This document shows positions 12,164 to 26,400 of a DNA stretch of 64,000 bases, in pieces. A program made the position numbers and the translations under genes. The stretch covers positions 1 through 64,000 of the forward strand of contig JAQGDQ010000337.1 in the NCBI GenBank assembly GCA_030141605.1. The letters are read 5' to 3'. Every line of letters starts with the position of its first letter. Position 1 is the first letter of the stretch. A model generated the notes under the pieces. It was given only the letters and a program-made list of their open reading frames with translations. It was not told the DNA's origin and made no database searches. The stretch comes from Tubiluchus corallicola (taxonomy: Eukaryota; Animalia; Priapulida).

Positions 12164-15100
12164 ATGAAAGCGGACACAACGCTTGTTTTTGGATGTTTGT
12201 TGTATATAGTTTTTTATAGTGTATTACTGATAGACTGTCATGTTCAATTAATTTTTCCGCCTGCTAGAAAGTATGCTTTGGACTTTTTGGATAATCAAAG
12301 AACAGTCGCTCCCTGTGGAATGCCTAAAGGTATAATTTTCTGTGTTGTGACTGACAGCTGTTTGATATAAATTTTATATTAATTATTCGTTAATTTCCTA
12401 TATTAACTTAGCTTTGTGACGTGCAAACTTGATCGTAGTTTATAAGAATTATCAAGATCAAAACATGTAATTCCTGCGGGTCTGTCTAGGCTATCCAGTC
12501 CCAGGTGACTGAGTGGCACTCAAGTTGTGATTCATACATGTTATGCGCCCCCACACACTGACTGCGTCTAGACTATCATGCTTCTCTTGTGGGAAATAGC
12601 CAACAAGCGAAAATGAAATTGTGCTCAGCAAAGAACTTTTATTGGTAATATCGTCAAGAGAGCATGCCATTTAAGAATTACGCTATTGAATTTCATTCAT
12701 GATTCAAAAAATGCTGTTTCGCTGTTTGTCTGCTGTTTGTTCGCTGTCTGCAGTAGTGTGTGTCATTCACTCATTCTCACAATGAATTATTGGAGATATT
12801 CCCAACCTCCCCCAGTGAACTGGTCCCACCCTTGGGTACGTCCACATCTCGGCTGAGTCCATTGGATGGGTCATCTCTTCAACCACTCACCGATCCCAAG
12901 AACCTTGCTGCCGGCAGAGTTTCCTTCCATGGGCTTGTTGGTAGTTGTCATAGTCACCTTAACGCCCTGGCATGCAAAAGTAAGGAAAGAATTTGGCTGA
13001 CAAAATTACGAGTTTGCAGTTAAAGACCTGTTTGTATGGTTAAGTTGTGTATGGGAATTAGTTTAATGGAAAAACTAGTTATATTCAGTTTCTTAAGTAG
13101 GCTTATGCTATGCGCCATCACCACCCTGCTATGTTACATGTTCATTTAGCTGATGTTTGAGTTGTTATTACACATTATTTACATTATTCTCAATACCTAA
13201 TCAGACCTGCTTGGCAGGCATACAAATCAGTTGTGTTATTACACTACACATTTTAAATAAATGCAAGATCTATATACCATGAAAAAAAATTGTGCCTCCA
13301 CATCCCCAGCAACCACACAACTCATACCACTTTTGCCATCTCACTCACACTACATCAAGCATTCCACACCATACACAACATCCACTATAACACACTATTC
13401 TCAGCACATTACACCACACCGCATCCATCACAACAACCACACTACACTTACCACACCCTCTACACCATACAAATTGACACCTGACCCACCACATCACGTG
13501 TATTGATGATGATGATGATGTATGAGGAAGATGATAATGACGTACGATGATGATGAGGATGATAATGATGCACGATAATGATAATGATGACAATGACAAC
13601 GATGAAACCAAGCGACACTAACCTCAACAACACAACAGCATAATGAAACCACGCAAAATGCGGAAGTTAACGTACTTTGCACAAATTGTGTCCATAGAAT
13701 TGGTAGACGCCCATAAAAATTGAGCCGTATGCCTCCAAATTGGGTGTAACATGATCACTAATGGAGGAAGTGAACGACAGGCAGTGACCTGTTTGTGTGA
13801 CTAGTTCCTTGCTGTCATCCATGGCTTATAGTGCTAGGCATAACCTTTGTATTGATCATTAGCTAATTTAATCTTACTGTTTACTTTAACTCATGTACAA
13901 TGATTTTTGTGCCTAATAAATAATAATAATAATAATAAGTGTTTGTATTTTGAAGCTGAAAATGAATGAACAGAAATTGAACACCAAGTCCCCAAAATCT
14001 TTTTTTAGAAAGCAATAAGCAATGACAGTAAAAAAGTTTTCTTTTTTCACAGGCATTCCGGGAAGTCCTAAAACGACATTGGTTGCAGGATCAACAGTCA
14101 ACATCTCATGGAAGTTAGCATATCCTAATGTGGTAAATATGCCATTTTCATCCCACAGCTTCATTTTTACTTATAGATGGTGTGGCCTTCTGATTTCGTG
14201 AAAGTTAAGCAGTATTTGGCAGCTTCAGCAGGTAGTTGGATGGGTAAGTCAAAAATGCCAAACTGATAAAACTTTGATAAAAAATTTGAAAATTCTGAGC
14301 ATTGGGTTTATTCTAGGTTTTTAGACCTAGTATTCCTTCTCATATTACAGCAAGTTACAGCACAGTGTAATGACCTTGATAATTTTGTATTTAAATTAAT
14401 ATCATTAAGTTTTCTGTAAGCCGTGAGCCTATTTTTATCTACGTGTTCAAATTCCATTACATTCCATTCCATTTACAGTAACGACAGACTTAAATGGCAT
14501 GTAATGACGAAGGAAGAAACAGCATTTTAAATATTTAAATTTATTGTTTCTAATTGCAAAAAAGACAAGATATTTTTTACAAATTTTTTAAACGTAAATA
14601 TTGACAATAAATTGACGAGAAGACTGTTTTTATTTGTTATTGGTTTTTAAATGAGAAAATTGTACTGCTTTTCCCTATCTACTATGGTCTACTGTCGATA
14701 TCAGCCACTAATAACTGTTTATGTTTATTTTACTGTTTATAGGGAGGTTTTACAATAGATCTGAGAAATTCAACAAGTGATCGTGTAACAGTGCTAGCTG
14801 CCTATAATCCCATTGGTTTAGTTGAACCAGACTATACGTAAGTACTGAGCATAGGCATATTTAAAATTTGTTATGTAGGCTGGCCTATTTTACCAGACAG
14901 ATAATGGAAAATTTAGATGTTATTATGGACGTTTCAGAGTGATATTTACATCAATAATGCGTCTGCTCATCGTTACTTTTTGTCTAAACAGCTGCCTTGA
15001 ATCTGATTTAGTTATTAAACTGAACTGTAATCTTTAAATAAGGAACGATGGCAGGTAAACAAACACGTTTTTGAGATTTTAAGCCAAGCTTAAGCTGCGA

Positions 15101-17451
15101 GACAGGAAACAGTCGCAGACATATACACTCAGGTCAACTGCGCCTGAATTCCAGTAACTAGTAAGGTACATGCAACACTGCTCAGCTTGACCACGACTGA
15201 GTGTACGTGAATGAAGGAACATTCTGACCAGAGCGTGAGACCAGACCATCCCAGAACCATCGTTGAACAATGCTTAGGTTTAAACCGGCAGATGTTCAAT
15301 GCCTGGATTAGGACATGAGCAACTCACTTGAACTGAGTTGCAGTGCATTGAGTTGCATCGTAAGGTTGCTTATGTCAAATGGATGTACTCAGAACTAGTG
15401 GTGTACCATATGTCGCTCAGTTGCAGCCAATTGTCAAGTTTTCAGTTGCTTTGCTTTGCAAGGTCGACCTAAGCTTGCCTTTAGTTGAAAAGATCCACAG
15501 AAACTAGATACTTCTGTAGTGTAACGAGCAAAATGAGTCAGTATGAGCAGGCTGCCTCTGTTTCTTTTTTTTGCAATAAAGTACTCTTTATAAAGCTGTG
15601 TACTTGCTTTAATATATGTTTTCTTATTAAAATGTATGTTTTGACGATTTGACCAGAATGTGTTTATTATGAAGCACAGTTGATGCTGTAATTTTTCTTC
15701 AAAATGACATTTTTTATTTGCGTTTATTTCTTTGTTTCATAGTATCACGCATTGGGCAGTGCAGCTTCCAGATGAAGAGTGCCTGGGATGCTTCATCAGA
15801 ATCCTTCGCGAAGCTGAGGAGTGGCAGAACACAACACAGTGGAGTTGTGGAGACGTTGATATTGTAGATCCAGGTGATCCACGTAGATTTTGCTGTTTAA
15901 ATGTTACGTGTTAGCAGTTAGCTACCTGATTCGTGTTAGTACACATTAGTCATGAAATTTGTTTAGGCTTTTTGTAAAGGGAAGAACAAGTCACTCAGTA
16001 TGTTGGGTTTAGTTATACTGTTATCACTTAAACTTAGAAAAATATAACAAAGAATTTTGCAAAGAACTGCCTATAAAGCATAAACTTAAAATGTACTACC
16101 TCTGTACAGAAATTCTCAGGCGTGGTGGTTGTCACCATTCGCTTGAAAGTCATGACGTAACTGTGAGACTTTGTGACTTTTCGTAAGCGCGCCCTGCTTA
16201 AACTAATTCAAACTTGTGCAGCTTACCTAATGTTCACGCAAAGGTATTACAAGATTGGCTATCTATTTTTTTTACAATAACTTATTATACTTTTAATGAA
16301 GATTGGCGATGAATGACATCAATGAAAGAAGAATAGGCATTGATAATGGGAGTGTCCAAGCACAAATGTTCCTTGATTTGAAAATAGAGATGGAAGGTCA
16401 GAAATTCGAGGTCAAGGTCATTTATACCCTTGTAGTAGGTTTTTGCCATTTTCTTGTGAGCTGCTATTTTCTAGCTTCAATTTGTTGGAAGTTAAGAACA
16501 GCCTTTTTTCGTACTTTTTTGGCAAACTAAGAAAACCCCAATTTATTTTAAAAGAGCAGGCAGTTGGCTTCTAGACAACAAAATTCTGCTGCAGGAGGAG
16601 CAAAGTATGTATAAAAAAACATATACTGAAGTTTTGTCAGCCTTCAATGCTCTTACTTGCATTACTCCTTATTTTTTTGTTATATCCGTGTTATTAAATC
16701 AGAAAATTTTCAGTTATTTGAATACTTCGTACCCACAGCTATCAGCGATCCATTATCCCACATGGTATGCTTCACTTTTGCAGAATCAATGATTTGTGTG
16801 GTGCTTTACAAACCTTAACTGTGGGTCTACGGAAAAAATCTTGCTTCAATTCCTTAACAGATGGAAAGCTATTAAAATGGTTGAGACTAGTAGGCGGAGC
16901 AGGTGTTATAATTTGTAGATTTTAAATAGTGCTGCATGAACTTACATGATGTAAGATACTTATAAATAAGTTAAAAATTTCTAGGTTGGTGTTTTATACT
17001 GCTTGTTACATTTCAAAGTATGATAAGATACTTACAAACGTCTTGCTAATTTGAACATTTATTTGCAGTGGCTTGTTCAATGTGATGATAATACTAGCTC
17101 TTTGTACTTTGTGTGCTTCCAAAGCAGCTTATTATCAGTATAAAGATCATAGGCTGTACATAAGTTAAACCTAAGTTTTTTTTAATATTTGTTTTAATAG
17201 GAGCTGTGGATGGGAAGGAACTCTGCTCGCAACATGGGAGATTGAATGACGGGTCATGTGATTGTGATGAGCTTTATAGCGGAGATTATTGTCAGTATAA
17301 AGGTAGGTTTGTAAGCAGAAATACTCATAATACTTTGTGTGTGCATGCGCGGATATGTGTGTACACCTGAAGGCATAATTGTGTGTGTGCCTGTGTGTGT
17401 GTGTGTGCATGCGCAGACGTGTGTACACCTGAAGGCATAATTGTATGTGTG

Positions 17452-17497
<46 letters not shown>

Positions 17498-20400
17498 TGT
17501 GTGTGTGTGTGCATGCACGGACATGTGTGTACACCTGAAGGCAAAATTGTATGTGTGCACGTGTGTGTGTGCATGCGCGGACATGTGTGTACACCTGAAG
17601 GCATAATTGTGTTTGTGCATGCGTGCGGGCGGGCATGCGTGCGTGTGTGCATGCGCGGACATGTGTGTACACCTGAAGGCATAATTGTGGGTGTGTGTGT
17701 GTGTGTGCGGGCGGGCGGGCATGCGTGCGTGTGTGCATACGTCTTGGATACCCTATAGAAAGGTGAAATGCTTTGCTAACTCCCTTTGTTGAGTGCATTC
17801 AAGTGTATTGTATAAGTGGCTCTAATTGATTGTGTATGACCAGGATGAGATCTCGGACCTGTTTTCTTATGTTGAACCAAATGTTCAAACTGGAGTTCAA
17901 ATCCTAGTTAGCTCAGTTTTTCAGTACTGTTGTTCTTCTTCAGTTAATTAGCCCCTAAGGTTCATTGTTTGTTATGAAGAATGGTGTTTTTTGAATGCGT
18001 ATAATGTGCTAGTTCATCTACTATGCAATTAATTTGGAGTGAAAGCATAAAAATGTCAACTATTTAAGTGAAACTATTGATGCTCATCCATTAACGAGCG
18101 CTGCACCTGATTAAAGACAATGACGTGTGTACACCCGGATAGTAAAACAGTATGACTAAAGGATAATTTATTTATTTATAACCAGCTGTTGGCCATAATC
18201 AAATGCTGTCTTTCACCAAGGACTGGCTGCTTGTGTGTAATGATTTAAAAATTTAGAACTATCTTGTTTTTAATGGTGGCATCATGTGTTTTTGTAACAG
18301 TATTTGGTCTTTTTTTGTTAACAAACGGCGTCGAGTATTGCGGTCTACCAGTTACTGTTAAATTACCTTGCTTTTTCAACATAAAAAAATCTGGTAGTTG
18401 CCTTAATAGATTTTTGGCTGATTTTTCATGATTGGTTTGTGCCTTGGTGTGATTACTTGATTGATTGATTGCTTGATTGATTGACTGACTGATTGATTAA
18501 TTGATTGACTGACTAACTGGTTGGCTGGCTGGCTGGCTGACTGACTGACTGACTGACTGACTGACTGACTGACTGACTGACTGACTGACTGACTGACTGA
18601 CTGATTGATTAGTTGATTGACTTGATTGGTTGATTGACTCATTGGTTGTTTGATCGATTGATTGATTGTGATCAGTCATCTAATGATATTTTTAACCTCA
18701 ATGTTTTTCATTCAGATGAGTGTAAGGAAAACTCTGATTGTGGACCACATGGAAAGTGCCTGGAAACTTATTTCTCTGCTCCTCCCAAGTTCATGTGTTT
18801 CTGTGAGAGGGGATGGTTTGGTACGGGGTGTCTAAAAGGTATTTATGTGTTCTTCTTGTAATTTTATTGGAGCACCACTATTGCACTGGCTAAAATACAC
18901 AGAACTCTAGAGATTAGCAGATTTTCCACTGATTTGTATGTTGCATCCTACAGTTTTGTAATTTTTCATAAATTACATTGCATGTCGTTTATAAGCTGAA
19001 ACTGAAGATTTTCAAGATAAGTACTCTAACAAATCCGCAGTTTGAAATTCAAAACCAAATATGATTGTAAAAAGGGAAATGCGGAAAAATAAAAAAGTCA
19101 CTGGATTTGAACCACGGACCTGTGACTTACTCACGAGTTCAGTCCTGGGAGACTGGTCAACCCCTTGTGATCAAGATTAGGCTGAATTCATTAATTCAGT
19201 CAATGGTTCAACAACATTTCTAGTCACAGTAATTCTACTCAGGAACAATCTGTGGATGATTAACCCAGCAGTACTGTTTTGTGGAGTTTTTAGCTGTTAT
19301 TGAGTTTTAAAGAAGCTGCGAAAATTTACCTTGTAATTAATCAACAGTAAATTACCTTTTTTTAGAATCACCCGTGAAAACTATGAGCCATTGTGAACAC
19401 ACGTACCGAATGATCACCAGCGAGACTGACCTCTACTGGAGAATTTTACAGGTAAAAGTGAAACCACATGGTAATGCCATAAATTTACATATACCTCATT
19501 AATGATTAATGACGATTCCTTGTTCATAAAATTCTAGTGCTTCCTTAGTAAAGTTCAGAGGCTGAATAATCAGAGATTTATCATGATGTTATGGTTAATG
19601 TATTGCTAATTCGGATGCAAATGATACGGGTTCGACTCCAGCAGAGAAAAAATTTTTCTGGTTTTTTACATACATTTTCGGCCACATGGTGTTGTAAAAC
19701 TTCGTTAAAAGTAAAATTAGGTTTAATTTTTGTTTGCATCTCCTGCCCATTTGTTGCCCAGCTGATCAAGTGTATAGTTCTAATATGTCATAAACGTTGG
19801 TTTTTCAAACTTCGTCATACTGCATGCGCTCTGTCGATAAAACAGAATCTTGATAAGCTAGGTTCTGGCCCTGCCACAACTGTTTACACTGATTGTGCTT
19901 TCCCTGTCTCAGCCTCTGGGTGCTGAGTGATGAACTGCATTTAAAAAACTGAAGTCACGTGGGGCAAATTTGAAGCACTCGAAAAGTAAACCTGTTTTTT
20001 ATTCATTCTTGTGCCGGTCTGAATGCAGTTGCATTTGTTAACATTGAATAATTTGGGACGCAGCCTATTTATGTTTACTTTTGATAGAAAAGAAATGTAT
20101 TTGTTGATTCTTAATTCAGATTGTTAATATAGAAAGGGTGATATCAGTTTGTTAAATATCCACAGTATAAATATTTGCTCATTGTGTGAGATACATAACT
20201 AATTTATTATACGACTGTAAGTAATGCAATTACACACTTGCATTTTTAACTTTTACCCCCAGATGGCAGGCAGAAAAATGCTCAATCACCAATGCCCATT
20301 TAGACAGTGTGACGTTAAAAGCTATGGCAGGCTATTGTTTTGTTCCGGCTAAGCTGCGGCTTGCCTCTGTGTGAAATTTTACACTATTTTTTACAAATAT

Positions 20401-23400
20401 CATTAGCGCACAAAAAATCCATGTCCTGCATTTACATAAATGACATATTCCAGTTGAATATTTCGTTAGCTGTTTGAAGATGTTGTCTGTTTTTTTATAA
20501 ATAGGCAAATAATTTAACTACTTGTGAAAAATCTGCCGGGACCACATGAAAAACACTTCATTTACTGAACAACACAGCATGAAACACTTAATAAATTTAC
20601 CGAAAATGAGTATAACCCCAAAATGATCTTGACACAAAAATGTGATAATTAGAAAGCTTTAGAACCCCTCTTGATAGATCCGTTGGTTGTTTTTCCTGCA
20701 AAAACTCATTGTAACAGAATTAACGAATGTTGTGTAAAAAGTGAAATTTCTCAATGGCCATAAAGTTAATTAGGCACAACAATGGAACTTGTAATTGCAT
20801 TATTTGCAGTTGCATTTATGTTGTTGAAAGTTGGAGTTTGGGCTTTGCCCACTGACCTGACTTTCCAACAAGGGCCAAACATGGAGCATTGATTTTTGAA
20901 ACAAAGACACTTCTTCATGGAATTCAGTGCTTTACACGATGGAAGCTGAAATACAGTGTTCCCTCGCTACTTCGCAGTTCGTTTATCGCGTACTCGCTGT
21001 TTCGCGAGTTTTCAAAAATATTAATGTAAAATATTTATTGCGGTATTTTCGCTGTTTCGCGGGTTTTTGCGGTAGTCCGTTTAAAGTATTTTTGCACATG
21101 CGTAGTACATATTGTACTGTAATGTATAGATTTGTTGAATTTTGCATAAAAAATCACAAAACATATAAAAATATATTAAAAATATTAATTCTAGCATTAA
21201 AAGAATATTATAAATCATAAAAAATTACCATTTACAGTAAATAGTGTATTTATTCGGCGGATGAATACACACCAAAAATGAAATGTAGTACTTGTGACCT
21301 AAAATAAATATAGTGTCCCTACTTCGTGGAAATTTACTTATTGCGGGCAGGCCTGGAAAGGAACACCTGCTATAAGTGAGGGAATACTGTATTGCACACC
21401 AAAAATATTTAACTGCAGGCTTACTTAATATACCTGGTTGTGGTGGGACCAGTTCCTTGCTCATTATGCCTCTACCATGATACACTGAATCAGCAGAGGT
21501 GTTTTAGCCATGTTTGGATATACATTCAAAAACTGCAAAGGAAATATTGAACTGAACTGGTTCATTTATCTCAGAGACCAAGTTTTGTTGCCATTCCTAA
21601 CTCTGTTGAGCTTTTGACCATTCAGCTGACCTTGAGACAATTAAAACAACCAAAACAATTTGTGTGATTATAACCAAACATGTCCAAACCAATCTCTTGG
21701 TCATATTTGCTTATTTTTTCACATTTTGTCGTTACTTTCTTAATAATTTTTATTTACTTTGCGGCTAATGCACCACAAGCAGTTAATACCATGTATGTTT
21801 TTGTAAGGCTGTCTTTTACAACACGTTTTTTAATTGTTTCCTCTTCTAAGATTTTCCAAATCTGCCATCTGTTAGTGTGACTAATTGCTGGTATAATTAT
21901 TTTAATCTAAGAGATTTTTAATAAGTGGAATTAAGCAGCAAAACTTGGTTTTTTAAATTTTTTAAATTTTCACTCTTTAAGGCTCACTCAAAGTCGTAAT
22001 TACATATTATGTTTTCCTTTCTCAACTTTCAGGTTTATTGCTCTTATACCATTGCTATTATTACATGATTTACTTCATCCTTATTTACATTAAGTTATCT
22101 ACAGAAGCATGCATAACTATAATCATTTAAGTAAGGTGAGTGTGTTAATGACCGTATGGTCGTACACTCACCTCGCACTACTCAAATTATTTTATTTAAA
22201 ATTTTTTAATGTGTTTGATATTGTATTTTTTGATGTGTGAAATAAAATTCATGGTTCATAGTTCACATTTTTGCCTATTGCATACTTATTACCTCCTGCA
22301 TATATATGTTTTTGCCATTTGTTGTGTTTCAATGTAAAGTTCCATTTTACAATTTAATTCAATGTTTGTTTTTTGTCTGATAACAACAAATAAATTTAAT
22401 TTTTTTAAAAGTTCTAGTTTTGTTTATTACTAATAATATTTAATGTGTATACAGGTATTTTTGTCCTCTATTGTAGAAAACACAAGAGATTGAGGTTATC
22501 TTGCACACAGTTGGTAAGACCTGGTTAGGAGTTGGGTGGAGGCCAGGTCATGACAGCACAGGTGGAACTGGTAATTATTTATTTATCCTCTCATTTCTTT
22601 TTATTCATAATGCGGTCGTTAATGGGATCGAGAATGTGATCATTATTTGTATTTTTTTGTTATTATAACTTCTTATTGCGCAAAATCTGATTCAGTAATA
22701 CTGATTGAAACTTTTCTTGATCCATACCCCATGCTAATGTTAGATGCAGGTTGAGTTGCTACCGAGACAACGATTATATATTATTGAAAAGTATGATTAG
22801 GGTGTTCTTTGTTTAGTTTTCTTTGAGTTTCTGTGCTAGTGTGGTTCAGCCCACTAATATACAGTACGAGTGAGCACTCTCTGCCAGAAAGCGATTTGTA
22901 ATCGAATCGAATTTGTGGATTTCGAATTCGAATTGAATTTGAAAGATTTTCCTACCAGTAGTAAAAAGTGGCCTTACAAAGATCGTGCATATTACTTGAT
23001 TTTGTTCTGCAGTAAAACCACTATTAGTTTGTTAAAAATTTTGCACAGAAAGTGCAGCTAAATTGTGTTAATTGCACGCTGCTTCAAACATTCTAATGAT
23101 ATTGAACGTATATGGCTGAAATGCTGAATTATTCAAATGTATAATTTTAGGTTCAAATCGAATTTGAACTAAAAAAGCTCGTTTGAATTGAAATCGAACG
23201 TTCAATGCTCACCCCTAATATGCAGTAATAATGTTACGCTCATAGACGCAATTCTACAAATGCAAGACTTACACTGATGTCTCGGTGTATCGGAAAATTC
23301 GGATAAAATCTGGACCGTTAAAAGTCCCGCGTAATACGGACACAGTCCGTTATTTATCAAGCTGACCACATTCATCAGTGTAACCATGTATACATCTCTA

Positions 23401-26400
23401 TGTATAAAAATACAGAATCAATTATGCGGAGTTATTTGAGTCAATTGCCGACAGTTTTTATATGCTTTTGCATAGGAGCGGCCCGTACTAGATGTTTTTA
23501 AGACAGTTAGGCGATTGATTCTACATTACCATGAGTCTAATACAAAATACAGACAATCGGCAAATTTGGACCAATGACTCTCCGCTTTTGTTCAGGAAAC
23601 CGAGATATGAGTGTATTTGAGAAACTCCTTATGTATAGGGTAATGATGATATATGACTTCTGAAATGAATAAATGAACGCATGATTTAATAAAGATTAAT
23701 GATGAACAAACACAAGTTATGTGCATTGTCTACCGCTTCTAATAGTTCCTCTTTTTGGTTTCAGAGTTGTCACCGGAATGCAGGAACTTTCCTCCTTTGC
23801 CTCATTATGCTCGTACACACGCTGACACTGGATATGGACCTCAGGGTAGGTGGAGATACTTTAACGTTTTAGTAATTTCAACACTCGACTTAAGAAGAAA
23901 AGTCAGTTTAAAATGCTTGTTGGTGTTTGAAAAAGTAAGGCTACATGCTTCAACTAAGTTGGTCATTACAACAAGTGGCGAAAGATCAAAAATTGTTTAC
24001 CAAAAAAAAATTGCAAAGAGCTTCCGGTATTCAGAGTGAAATTGAGCACTTATAGTGACATCTGTTCAGTCTATTGTGAATTATTTAAAGCAGAAATAGC
24101 TGTCGTACTACACAGATGTGCATTGTGCAATACTAGGAGCATTTTTTACCCCACACTTCCATATTGCTCTACTTTCACTTGTTTAGGTTGCACGTTAGTT
24201 TGTGTAGATTGCCTTACTGCCAGCAAGTTATTGCAAACTCTGACAGTTTCTGCAAGTTACTGTCTGGTGTGAACATCTTGGTGAGTTACTCTCGACACTT
24301 CTTACAGTGAATAGAGAAGGGCATGTCAGCTCACTGTTGGAGAATAACTCACAGCAAGTTTTGCTCTCTAGTCTGAACACGCTTGTGAGTTACTGGGCAA
24401 GTTACTTGATGAGAAACTTGCTAGTCAGAACGCACCATAATGTTGTTCCTGTCTTGTTACAGCGAGTCCTCTTCATGCTATGGACTGTACAGATATGGTC
24501 ATAGCCCAAGTTCGTGGAAACTACAGTCGAGTCAAAGACTCTTATACAAGAGATATTTCTAGTCCAAGAGAAGACGAATTTTTTGATGGACAAGATAGTT
24601 TGACCGCTGCACTAGCTTACGAAGAAGAATGGCCAGATGGGTTCACAAGCACTTGGTTGCTGTTTAGGAAAAAGTTAGTAGGTAAGCAAATTTGGTTTGT
24701 TACACAAAACGTGGAAAATTTAATCACTATTCTTCAATTAAAATATGTAGGCACTGTTTAATAGACTCACTTTAGGATGAAAGTATTTTGACCAAATTAA
24801 CTGACTGAATCAATTAGCCGACGGATGAAGTATTACTACTATAGATATATGAGTCTTCATAACTTTAGTATGCATTGCAGTGGCTTCAAATGAATTTTAG
24901 AAACGAATCAGTGTCAAAGTTCATATATACAATTGTTTAAGTACTAATTTATATAAGCGAATTAATAAAAAATAAACATTGAAAACGAACCTTGATGTGC
25001 ACAACACTTTTACCAATGAATCACTTGGTCATTCACTGACAAACTACAAGGCTATGCTATATGCGATCACAGTTAACTTGCTTCTGTAGCCTATTCACAC
25101 TGAAAGGCGGTGTTGTTCATTTATCCAGCACGACTGCTTGATCCTGTTAAACAGTTATATTAAAACGAAGTCAGAAACAACAGATAGAAACAATTATTTT
25201 ATGTTTAGTAGATTATGTTTATATTTCTTAAACATTGAAAATAAAACCTAGACACCTAGTGCTTGAGCTGCAGTTGGTGACGACCTTGTTTCCCCTGTGA
25301 AAAGCAACGTGAACTTCAAATGCAAGTCGCTGGGCAAGTGATTAAATGTTTAGCTTCCGGAAACAACGAGGTTATTTGCAGTGCATGAGTGGGTGACAGA
25401 TTCAAATCAAAACCGCGACGCTAGCATATTAGCGCATATGATAAACGTGCTGTACCTGTTTACAAACAGGACTGTTTCTACATGTATTATAGTGCACAGA
25501 ATCAATGTAAAAGTGATAGTAGAGCAGTAAAAGCTGTCCGGTTTGCACACAAGTAAAATATTGAGTGAATTGTGTAGATTTATTTGAGTCAATTGCCGAC
25601 GGTTTTCATGTACATTTGAATAGGAGTGCCTGTTCCAGACATCGTTGAATCAATTAAGCGACTGATTCTATTAACTGTGAGTCTGTGAAATGGTGCTTAC
25701 TTGTAGTTATAGCAGTAGTAAACAGTAGTGTACACTGTAGTCATTGTATTTGTATCTTGTTGTTGTATTTCGGATAAAAAGATTAGGTATTTTATCTTAA
25801 ATGTAAAAAATGGATATTTGTAAATTTCATTTGTTAAAAATGTAAATTTAAGCTTGGAAATTGAGTTTATGCCTCAAAATGTACGGTGACAATATCTTTC
25901 AGTCACAGACCGTGCTGATCACAATATCACAGATCATCCGATGCACGTGATATGGGCCGTCGGTCAGACGTCCCAGCAATATACTCACGTGCCTAACTCC
26001 GGTTTGGAAATCATGAACTCAAGTAGGACGGACTTCTATCCCGAGGATGAACTGAAGTATCACGGAAGAGCTGATCTTCAGAGAGGAGCTCTACGAATTA
26101 ATTTTATCTGTAAGTTTATGACCGTATGCTAGTAGCGAAATTTAAAATCAATTGTAAGAAATCTTAATTATTTAAACATATTGAAAGCAGATAGACAGAA
26201 TACGTTTTTTAATGTGGCTTGTTTTCAACTTAAATTCAATAAAATACGTCAAGTTAATTCAAAATAATTTCTTTCATGTTAGCCGAGTGTTTTGATGTTA
26301 TGGTACATGCAACTTTAAAAACATTCTATGATAAATGAAAACAATCAGAAACACTATTAAAATTGAATTTTGCTAGCAATGTAACAGCTATGCAGCTTGC

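Noticed and set aside
12750-13023. GC-richer segment with an 87-aa ORF in intron 1 of the DOMON gene
   Set aside because: No homology recognised and exons 1 and 2 join in frame without it; likely an unclassified repeat.
17335-17740. Repeat-spacer pattern and His/Thr-rich ORFs
   Set aside because: The spacers are only TG microsatellite; the ORFs are repeat translations.
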